DNA of 64,000 bases, taken from a virus. Under the pieces are notes generated by a model. That model worked only from the letters and a program-made list of their open reading frames with translations, did no database searches and was not told the DNA's origin. The translations under genes were made by a program, and so were the position numbers. Below, piece after piece: positions 56,265 through 64,000 of the stretch. The stretch spans positions 1 to 64,000 of the IMG/VR virus record IMGVR_UViG_3300031857_000091; one strand, written 5' to 3'. How positions within the stretch are numbered: the first letter of the stretch is position 1; every line of letters begins with the position of its first letter.

Positions 56265-56810
56265 ATGATTATAGCTGTAGAGGGAATCAATGGAAGTGGA
56301 AAAACAACTTTAATAAACAAACTAAAACAGACTTTAAAAAACCAAAACCCTATAATTACTCATCATCCTAATAACTATTCTTTTGAGGGAGAAAAAGCCT
56401 TAGATTATTTTGCAGAAAATAACAATTTACTAGGTGGGTTATGGGCACTAGAAGATATTAATCGTTCTTATGCGATTGCTCAGCAAAACCCCAAGAATTG
56501 TTACATCTGGTCTCGATGCCAAATGTCTGCACTAGTTTATAATGGCAAATTCCATAAAGACTTTACCGCATTAAAAAACAAGATTTTTAGAGACAAGTCT
56601 TACCCAGACTGCCTGATTTATTTAGATATTCCCCTTGAGACTTGTTGGGAAAGAGTAATTACTCGCAATCGAACCAGAGATGTAGATTTAACACTAGAAA
56701 AACTAAAACAAGATTATTTTCGGTATCAAGAGATAAAAAATATATTTAAAACTCTTCACCAAGAAAATAAAATCAAGTATTATTTTGAATATAAATTAAA
56801 AAATGATTGA
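56265..56810 (+). CDS. tmk: Thymidylate (dNMP) kinase-like protein
   Basis: IAVEGINGSGKTT, SALVY, PDCLIYLDIP..ERV..R. Confidence 0.75.
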   Translation: MIIAVEGINGSGKTTLINKLKQTLKNQNPIITHHPNNYSFEGEKALDYFAENNNLLGGLWALEDINRSYAIAQQNPKNCYIWSRCQMSALVYNGKFHKDFTALKNKIFRDKSYPDCLIYLDIPLETCWERVITRNRTRDVDLTLEKLKQDYFRYQEIKNIFKTLHQENKIKYYFEYKLKND

Positions 56811-57163
56811 TTATGATATCTGAAGAAATATTTTACTGCAACATTCCTGCGGATAAAAATTATCCAGAAATTAAATTAAAATGTTCTGCTTTTCGATGTG
56901 ATGACCATAGTATGTTTGTCAATGGATACTATGAATTTTCCATTGATCAAAAAGAATACGAAACTTATCACGCAATTTGCCGGATAAAAACTAAAGACCA
57001 GGAAAATATCTGGGTGGAGAATTTATATTCTGCTGTTGCAAATGAAATTGAACACCAATATCAGTTGTCTGTTGAGATATTTGATGAACAAGGGTACTGG
57101 GATTTTGACTGTTTCCCAAGATTTGTGTTTAGCTATGTTTATGATGCTTATAATAAAATTTAA
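56807..57163 (+). CDS. Hypothetical protein
   Basis: 118-aa ORF. Confidence 0.55.
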   Translation: MIMISEEIFYCNIPADKNYPEIKLKCSAFRCDDHSMFVNGYYEFSIDQKEYETYHAICRIKTKDQENIWVENLYSAVANEIEHQYQLSVEIFDEQGYWDFDCFPRFVFSYVYDAYNKI

Positions 57164-57216
57164 AAATCTAAAGCACGTTCAACTCTAAAAGATTTTTGTG
57201 GAGAAGCTATATTCTA

Positions 57217-57676
57217 AAAAACCCTTACTAGGAATAATATTGTTGATTATTTAAAAACTTTTAAAACCTCGGTTTTAAAAAACTCTTGCCAGAAATAAAA
57301 ATCAACAATGTTATTTAAAACTTTTGTTGTTAATACATAACCTCGATTGCAAACCCTATATTAGGAAAAGACATTACCAAAAATTATAAAAAACTCTGTT
57401 AAAAATAAGTTTAGCAGTTTATAATTATAGTTACCCTGAAAAAATCAAAAAAACTTTTACTAGAAATTAACTAATTATCAAAACCCTTACTAGGAATAAA
57501 AAATCAAAAGCTATAACAAAACTCTTATTAGAAATCAAATAATTATCAAAACCCTTAACAGGAATAAAATTTTATTAAAATAAAAAACTTTCATTAAAAT
57601 AAAATTTTGTCAACGGGTTAAACAAATCCTTTTAGGTATAAAATCAAGAACTGCTAAAACAAACTCTTTTTAGACA
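57217..57676 (+). repeat. Array of ~11 degenerate AAAAC(C/T)CTTAYTAGRAAT motifs upstream of terminase
   Basis: Cores at 57222, 57283, 57354, 57394, 57454, 57484, 57522, 57552, 57588, ~57627, 57664. Confidence 0.75.
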
Positions 57677-57706
57677 CTGTTAATAAGTTATTATTTTTTA
57701 TTCATT

Positions 57707-59083
57707 ATGTTAATTCCCTCTATTGAAACTTTTGTTACCGAACCTTATCTAATAGGTAAAGATATCACCTTTCGCCCGATTCAAAAAGAAATAATATATG
57801 ACTTCTGGAATAAGCCCTACACAATGGGGGTATGGTGCTTAGGGAGAAGAAGCGGTAAAACCTTTTGTGCAGCGGCAAGCGCGGTTTATGCCTGTACAGC
57901 CTTAGCCCCTATCTTCAAGAAATATATTAGAGCCAATGAGAGTTATTATGTTTTATTCGTTGCCAATAATGAAGAGCAAGCAAAAATTGCTCTTGACCAA
58001 GTAAAAATATTCTTGGAGAATTCCCCTACACTGAAGATGCTGATAAAAAGCAATAACGCAACTTCAGTGACATTGAAGAATGGAGCTATTTTTAAAGCCG
58101 TCCCAAATACGGCTAAAGGTGTACGTGGTTACTCCGTGGCGTTGGCTATCTTTGATGAAGCTGCACACTATAGAACAGGATATGGGGAACAGACTGGGGA
58201 ACAACTTTATCAAGCGATCGCCCCATCTATAGCCCAGTTTGGTGACTATGGTCGGTTATTGATGATTAGTACCCCTTGGACCAAACAAGGGATATTTTAT
58301 GACAACTACCAAAAAGGTTTATCTGGACAATACCCAGAGATTCATGTAGCTAATTACCCAACATGGGAAGTCAACCCCACTATCTCGGAAGCTTTTCTAG
58401 CCTCAGCAAAAAAACGAGACCCTATCATGTATGAGGTTGAGTATGGAGCTAACTTCTCGGTAGACTTTGCTGCGTTCTTGGATGTAGATAAAATTAGGGA
58501 GTCAGTTACTTTATCTGGCACAACACCTCCTCAAAAAACTTATCGCAACAAGTATTTATTGGCTCTTGACCCTGCCTTATCTGGAGATGCTTTTACTGCG
58601 GCGATCGCCCATCAAGAAGGAACTAAGTTAGTTGTTGACTATCTCCATGAGTTTCTTCCATCATTTCATCAAGGGAGCAAGAAGGTAGTAGACATTAGCA
58701 AGGTAGAAGAATGGATTATGGCTCGACACCAGGATTACGGGTTTAAGAAGATAGTTTTAGACCAATTCCAGAGCGCTTCTACTATTCAGCGACTCAATGC
58801 AAAACTAGGCTCTAAAATTGCCGAATTAACCTGGACGCATAACAATAAAATCATTGCTTATGGCTATCTAAAGGAATTATTTAACCTCAATCAAATAGCT
58901 CTATACCCTCACGACAAAACTATTAGCCAGTTAACTAACTTGCAGGTTCATTACAATAAGTCGGGTTCTTGGACTGTATCTGGAGGAAGTGGACTGCAAG
59001 TAGATGATTATTGTTCGGTATTGGCTGCTCTAGCTTTCATTTCTAAGGACAGTAAGGATGTGGGGTGGTCAAAATATGCTTAA
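57707..59083 (+). CDS. Terminase large subunit
   Basis: GRRSGKT, VRG, IFDEAAH, ISTP, ALDPA, DD at C-terminal nuclease end. Confidence 0.93.
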   Translation: MLIPSIETFVTEPYLIGKDITFRPIQKEIIYDFWNKPYTMGVWCLGRRSGKTFCAAASAVYACTALAPIFKKYIRANESYYVLFVANNEEQAKIALDQVKIFLENSPTLKMLIKSNNATSVTLKNGAIFKAVPNTAKGVRGYSVALAIFDEAAHYRTGYGEQTGEQLYQAIAPSIAQFGDYGRLLMISTPWTKQGIFYDNYQKGLSGQYPEIHVANYPTWEVNPTISEAFLASAKKRDPIMYEVEYGANFSVDFAAFLDVDKIRESVTLSGTTPPQKTYRNKYLLALDPALSGDAFTAAIAHQEGTKLVVDYLHEFLPSFHQGSKKVVDISKVEEWIMARHQDYGFKKIVLDQFQSASTIQRLNAKLGSKIAELTWTHNNKIIAYGYLKELFNLNQIALYPHDKTISQLTNLQVHYNKSGSWTVSGGSGLQVDDYCSVLAALAFISKDSKDVGWSKYA

Positions 59084-59169
59084 TTGGCTTTAATTGGCTG
59101 TTTAATTGGACAAGAAAAAAACCGCTAACCAAGAGTCAGGTTAGCGGGAAAAAGAAGCTTTAGCCGTAG

Positions 59170-59865
59170 TTAGTTCATGCGGTTAATGCAACGGCGCATA
59201 GCTTCATAAGGTTCTAGTCCCATTTCGATAGCTAATCCGATAGATTCTTGAGTAGTTGTCAGCTTTACTAGCGTCTCATTATCTAAATCATCTCGCGTGC
59301 CATCTTCAATTCCTAGCCCGGCTTGCATCTCATGGATGAATTTACCGTACTGCCAATTTTCTGTGTACCCATAAGCTTTTAGAGAATCAGTCAGATATTT
59401 TTTGAATGTTGTCTTTGAGCGATCGCGGTTGAATATCCATGCTTGACGCTCTTCTGTTTCAAATTTGACATGAAAAGCATCTGAGAATAATTGCTGGAGA
59501 GAAAGTCCCATCAAAGTCCTTGAAAGGTCAATAGCGATTGGGTTTTGTTTAATAGCTAGCTCAAAAAGTACTAACTCAAAATTAGATAGAAGCAATACGT
59601 TAACGGCTTTTGGGTTTAGAGTAGTATTCCACTTGTCGAACTGGAAAGATGCGCCCATTATAGATTTAATAGCTCTAGAAGCTTGGTTTTTGTCGAACTG
59701 AAAAAGACTACAAATTTGTGGCACTGCAATCCCAAAAGTTCCATTTTCAATCATTAAGCCTTCTAGTTTTAAACTGCCAATGCAAACTGTCGCCAATTCA
59801 GCGCGTGGATATGATACCATTTCAGAATCCTCAAGTTGTGTTTGGGGTCGCCGACGGTAAAACAA
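59170..59865 (-). CDS. Antirepressor-like DNA-binding protein
   Basis: RAELATVCIGSLKLEGLMIENGTFGIAVPQI N-terminus typical of cyanobacterial prophage regulators; likely start MVSYPRA. Confidence 0.5.
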   Translation of the reverse strand: MFYRRRPQTQLEDSEMVSYPRAELATVCIGSLKLEGLMIENGTFGIAVPQICSLFQFDKNQASRAIKSIMGASFQFDKWNTTLNPKAVNVLLLSNFELVLFELAIKQNPIAIDLSRTLMGLSLQQLFSDAFHVKFETEERQAWIFNRDRSKTTFKKYLTDSLKAYGYTENWQYGKFIHEMQAGLGIEDGTRDDLDNETLVKLTTTQESIGLAIEMGLEPYEAMRRCINRMN

Positions 59866-59946
59866 AGTTGAAGTGTTTCGAGCATTTCTTCTTTGTGTCG
59901 GTGTTACTATTTTGGTTAACGGTTTTTTGGATTTACCTTACGTCAT

Positions 59947-60627
59947 CTAACATTCTCCTGATTCCTCTTGCTCTAATGTCTTTTCCAAAACTTCAATAAC
60001 TTGCATTGCTATCTTCTTCCAATCAAAAAAGTTTCCCTTCTCTATGTGCAACCGAAATTTATTGATAAAAAATATCTGTACTACACCGTGAATGCTTTTC
60101 ATCTTGTTAGCTAGTGCAATCATTTTTTCATCCTGATAATTTTCATATAAAAGGATGTTTGTGTCAAGAAAAGCACAATCTCTGCCTAAAGAATCGTTTT
60201 TGATTATTTCTAATTGAAATTTTTTCCCAGACAAAGAGGTGTACTCAAACCTTTCTTCTAAAAGATTCCGAATTTGCTCAGCTATTTCTGACCATTCAAA
60301 CAAATCCCCTTTTTGTAAATACACTCGGTATTTATGAATAAAAGATACAATCGCTATCCCTTTGATATTGTTTATTTTTTCGGATAATTTACCCATCTGT
60401 TTGTCTCCGTATTCGACAAATAAAGCTGTTGTTGTATCAAGATAGGCACAATCTCTGCCTAAAGGATCGTTTTTGACTCTTTGTAGTCTAAATTTTTCCC
60501 CAGAAGATGATGTGTAATCGAATATTGTCAAAAATGTAGTATCAATACTTTGGTTTAGGCTGATTGTATCTTGATGTAAGTTCATTGGTTTTTGAGGTAA
60601 ATTCATTGCTTCTTGAAGTAAATTCAT
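59947..60627 (-). CDS. Protein with two tandem Nfu/NifU N-terminal-like domains
   Basis: Internal duplication (ND.LGRDCA.LDT .. I.G...V/IF..K.R....KG..F.W..IA.Q). Confidence 0.55.
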   Translation of the reverse strand: MNLLQEAMNLPQKPMNLHQDTISLNQSIDTTFLTIFDYTSSSGEKFRLQRVKNDPLGRDCAYLDTTTALFVEYGDKQMGKLSEKINNIKGIAIVSFIHKYRVYLQKGDLFEWSEIAEQIRNLLEERFEYTSLSGKKFQLEIIKNDSLGRDCAFLDTNILLYENYQDEKMIALANKMKSIHGVVQIFFINKFRLHIEKGNFFDWKKIAMQVIEVLEKTLEQEESGEC

Positions 60628-60665
60628 TGTTTTTTATGATGGTATTTGTTAGGATTGAGTACTTA

Positions 60666-61421
60666 CTAGCTTAGCTCAACGCGGTAAGACCGAAATGCTT
60701 TTGATACGCAGTAGTCAAGTACCGCACCTTCAACTTCAGGATTGTTGGCGGGATACATAGTCGCTGGAATCTGCTTCGCTGAAGCATTTGAGTAGCGTTG
60801 ACCTGTTCCTTCAATAAGATGGGCACAACGAGATTTAACGTATTTTCCAAGTGTGCACCCAAAATTCCTGGGAACTTGGAATCCTAAGCGGATAGCAACA
60901 TCCACTGCACCTTCTAATAGCGGTGCAGTAGTTCCAGGTAACATTTGCTGTTCAGCTAGTAGGGCATTACCTAGTTTATTTTTAAGAAGCTGGGCTAACT
61001 GCAAATCTCCACAATCAGTAAAATACTTAATAGTGGAAGCTTGTACACGGATATCTTCAGTGGTAACCGTTATTACTGGTTGAGGTTGTGGTTGTGCTGA
61101 TTGCTCTATCAAATGTTTAATATGCAAATTGCACCACACATGGAACTCAGGGGATAACCATTGAGCAAAGGCGATCGCTATCAATGGATGTGCCCACGTT
61201 CCCTGTTCAAAGTTTCCAGAATTTCCTTTCAAGCTAACTAATAATTGTGATGCCGGAATTCCGGTTTCACTCGAAACGGCTTCTATATATGCTTTTGAGT
61301 TATTTGTGTCTAGCCAATGGTTTACTTTTTTACTGAAAATCGTAGCCATTTGAGTAAGACAAACAAAATCGTCCTTATCTCGCTACTCAAATGTACTGCC
61401 TTTCCAAGTTAATTCAGTCAT
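60666..61421 (-). pseudogene. KilA-N domain protein with in-frame amber codon at position 13
   Basis: AGGAG RBS, MTELTWKGSTFE*RDKDDFVCLTQMA..GTWAHPLIAIAFAQWLSPEF; TAG at 61383-61385. Confidence 0.8.
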
Positions 61422-61603
61422 ATTTTCTCCTAGATTTTTATTGGAGAACAAGCAAACGCGCCAAAAATTGTTAAAATTTTAAACGTCGGCTAGTCCTTTT
61501 AGCTGGCTGCGCTGAATGCGATAGGCGGTAGCGCTAACTACCCCTTGTTCGCGGCGCATGAAAGTATCTTAGCAAAGATTTGTAAATAAATAAACTAAAT
61601 TAG

Positions 61604-61912
61604 TTAATTCGTAATAATCTTTAACCAAGTTTTCCGTAACTGCTTTGCCCCTGGGGAAAAGTTTTTATCATCTGCCAAAACATACTCCTCAATTAGAAAC
61701 TTGATTTGTTCTATGGCTTCACGCAATAACTTTTCTTTGGTGTGAGCAAAAACCGATAGCTCTAATCTTGGCTGATGAATAATCAACAAGGGGAGTCTTT
61801 TTTGATTATTATTTTCAACTTGCAGAAATAGCTCTAGTTCCGGCTTAAAAACATAAGTTTTGCCTTGTAGCTTGACACGGTCAATAGTAATGCAATCATT
61901 CTTGTCTAGCAT
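61604..61912 (-). CDS. Hypothetical protein
   Basis: 102 aa, GAGG RBS. Confidence 0.6.
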   Translation of the reverse strand: MLDKNDCITIDRVKLQGKTYVFKPELELFLQVENNNQKRLPLLIIHQPRLELSVFAHTKEKLLREAIEQIKFLIEEYVLADDKNFSPGAKQLRKTWLKIITN

Positions 61913-62609
61913 TAGGTAACCCTCTTACGACATTTGTCATCACCAAGTAATAGTTAGAGTAACTCATGGTAACGATGTTAGAGTCACTCTCTGGAGTAAT
62001 AACCCGAATAATGTTATCTGGATTATCAACAGATTTAAGTAACATAGATGTGTGTTCTTTTCTGTTGACTTCCCAAATAACCAAAAATCCACAAAAAAGT
62101 TTATAGCCTATTACCAGAGGGCACAAAACTAATATATTACAATCAACTCCGACAAACGCCCTGCTTTTGGCTATTCTTCCTTTATCTTTTAGCGCACTTA
62201 GTTCCTTGATAGGTAACACCCCAACCGCCCAATTAGATAACAGCTGATCTTTGACCAAAGAGAAAAAGGTAGTAGCTACATCTGGGCTAATATCTGAGGA
62301 GGAATCAGGTTTAAAGTAGAAGAAATCGGACGGCGTAACCCCAGAACCCTTCTTCGGGTCTCTGTTGGCATTAACAAAATAGCTGGTGAGTGTTGCCATA
62401 CCAAGCTCCTGGTAATGCAAGTCTTCCTTGTAAAATCTGTGTCCATATTCTAGTGCCTGAAAAATAATATTAATAGGTGTGTTGCCAAAGTTTTCATGGT
62501 TGAACCTAGAATCGTGAGGAAAGTACTTATGTACTCTCCAGAAAATCTCGACCCAATCAATATCTACGCTGCTGCTTCCTCCTCTACTTTCACCCCTTTG
62601 ATTTTTTTT
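61896..62609 (-). CDS. Tail assembly chaperone, frameshifted (gpT-like) part
   Basis: -1 frame is open from the A8 run at 62602-62609 through IDWVEIFWRV.. into ORF 61896-62420. Confidence 0.75.
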   Translation of the reverse strand, partial: KKNQRGESRGGSSSVDIDWVEIFWRVHKYFPHDSRFNHENFGNTPINIIFQALEYGHRFYKEDLHYQELGMATLTSYFVNANRDPKKGSGVTPSDFFYFKPDSSSDISPDVATTFFSLVKDQLLSNWAVGVLPIKELSALKDKGRIAKSRAFVGVDCNILVLCPLVIGYKLFCGFLVIWEVNRKEHTSMLLKSVDNPDNIIRVITPESDSNIVTMSYSNYYLVMTNVVRGLPNARQE

Positions 62610-63139
62610 ACTGTCACCGCTTCTTCAATATCATCCGTGTCTAACTCTTCTAGAGGGAGTCTTCCTCTATTCATTTCTTTTATGCAGAATATCTCTAAAT
62701 GTCTCAATAACCGAGTTGGGACTAAGTCAGGATTTCCTACGTCTTTTATTGTCCATTCTGCACACTCAGGACATCTGAACCTTAACATAACATATGCGTA
62801 AATAAGTCGTTTAATCCCTGCGTTTTCTTCTTGGACTCGGCGTAATCCCATTAGTCCTTCCATATCGCCTTTCATCAGTTTGGAAGCGTCGTTATTGCGA
62901 ACGGAATCCCAAACCTCTTCTACAGGAGTTCCCGTCTTTTCCGAAATATTATTTACCAACTTAATGAGCATTTGCTCAGTATCTGGCAATTCTTTTATTT
63001 CTTCATCAATCTTCATTTTCTCATTAGGAGTAAGGTCATCGTAACGAGGTAATGCAATTGTCCCAGACCGTTCATCTCCAATAATCACTAAATCTTGTTT
63101 AACAGGCTTAGTGACAAAAGGAAGTGATTTAACTGTCAT
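62564..63139 (-). CDS. Tail assembly chaperone (gpG-like)
   Basis: 191 aa, GGAG RBS, slippery A-AAA-AAA near the 3' end. Confidence 0.7.
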   Translation of the reverse strand: MTVKSLPFVTKPVKQDLVIIGDERSGTIALPRYDDLTPNEKMKIDEEIKELPDTEQMLIKLVNNISEKTGTPVEEVWDSVRNNDASKLMKGDMEGLMGLRRVQEENAGIKRLIYAYVMLRFRCPECAEWTIKDVGNPDLVPTRLLRHLEIFCIKEMNRGRLPLEELDTDDIEEAVTVKKIKGVKVEEEAAA

Positions 63140-63215
63140 AAGAAAACATCTCCAATAAGATTAGTTATAATAAAAACAAACTATGTATATATTAATTTAA
63201 TAAAATAAAAATAAA

Positions 63216-63785
63216 ATGTTATCTAACGAAGCTTTTGAAGATCTGGTAGAAGGTCTCATCTTTCAACAAAAAACTCGAGAAGAGATTTATAAAAAAACTA
63301 AAGCAAGTAAAGAAAAGATTGCTGAGACAACTAGGAATCTCCGTGATAGATGGTTAGACGAGTCTAGTCATAATTACAGCCTACAGTCTAATCTTGCTTA
63401 CACAGAAGCACAGATTAATTATTTAATCAAAGTAGCTTTTCATTCTTTCTTGCTCAGTCAACGAAGAAAAGTTGTTGTTTATAAGAACGATGTCACCAAT
63501 CAAAAAGGTCCTACAATAGAAACTCACCGAATTGAGCCTACTAATGCTGGCGATGTTTCTTTCTTGAGATTAATTCATGAACTTATTAAGCAAAGAATTA
63601 CACTTAACAAGTTAGATAAAATTAATTATGAGGGGAACGATTTAGACCCAGAAACACTCATGGAATTTTTTGAGTGGAAGGCGTTGGCTAGAAAGTCACA
63701 AGAGTTGGGAATTAAACAAGATTTAACTCCTCAGTTGTTAGAAGAATTTTTAACATGGCATCATCAACAACAAAATGCAAAGTAA
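63216..63785 (+). CDS. Putative terminase small subunit
   Basis: N-terminal HTH-like segment, helical middle, LIKQRITLNKLD resembling the R.KLLGLD motif. Confidence 0.5.
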   Translation: MLSNEAFEDLVEGLIFQQKTREEIYKKTKASKEKIAETTRNLRDRWLDESSHNYSLQSNLAYTEAQINYLIKVAFHSFLLSQRRKVVVYKNDVTNQKGPTIETHRIEPTNAGDVSFLRLIHELIKQRITLNKLDKINYEGNDLDPETLMEFFEWKALARKSQELGIKQDLTPQLLEEFLTWHHQQQNAK

Positions 63786-63960
63786 TTACGAAATTCAACA
63801 AGCAATCAAAAGAATCTTAGACGCAAGAACTCCTAAAATACAGCGGTCTTATGATTCTAATTTGGGTAAAAATTTAAAAGTGACAATTAAAAACAAGACA
63901 ATCAATGTCTCGACGGAGATGAATTCTCTAAAAATAAATAAACGAGGAAGTTTTAGATAA
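63775..63960 (+). CDS. Hypothetical protein
   Basis: 61-aa basic ORF; next ORF (MDEIEKLIEEAFG) starts at 63960 and leaves the window. Confidence 0.45.
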   Translation: MQSNYEIQQAIKRILDARTPKIQRSYDSNLGKNLKVTIKNKTINVSTEMNSLKINKRGSFR

Positions 63961-64000
63961 TGGATGAAATTGAGAAACTAATTGAGGAAGCATTTGGTCA

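Noticed and set aside
57217-57676. CRISPR array interpretation of the motif arrays (also 44545-44842 and 18665-19152)
   Set aside because: Repeats are short and degenerate with irregular AT-rich spacing, and no cas operon is present.
61383-61385. Genome-wide amber (TAG to Gln) recoding
   Set aside because: Other genes end naturally at TAG (for example cement 31373, nuclease 20612, chaperone 62564), and conserved genes are uninterrupted.

Overview
AT-rich 64-kb segment of a large temperate cyanobacterial phage or phage-plasmid. At least 22 HIP1 octamers (GCGATCGC) point to a cyanobacterial host. It carries siphovirus-type morphogenesis genes: a tape measure protein of more than 3,048 aa that runs off the left edge and is missing from the ORF track, DUF2213 protease and scaffold, cement protein, DUF2184-type capsid, portal, large and putative small terminase, tail tube, tail-assembly chaperones with a -1 frameshift site, and LamG tail fibres. 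It also has a ParA partition cassette next to a repeat array, replication genes (dnaB, dnaN, UvrD-like helicase, a DnaX-C/DnaA-N-like fragment), a pyrimidine/dTTP pathway (pyrG, nrdB, dcd, thyX, tmk-like) and an initiator tRNA-Met. The structural genes are scattered over both strands. Signals not shown by the ORF track: (1) two 396-bp ORF-less IS200/IS605-type elements at a TCAT target that probably carry an omega-RNA and whose precise excision repairs a gene; (2) two inverted arrays of the same ~18-bp motif upstream of portal and terminase; (3) an intact and a dead HExxH metallopeptidase-like domain inside the tape measure; (4) six near-identical sigma70 promoter cassettes with a palindromic spacer; (5) a recurrent leader hairpin before antirepressor-like genes. 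All family assignments are from motif recognition by eye; no searches were run.
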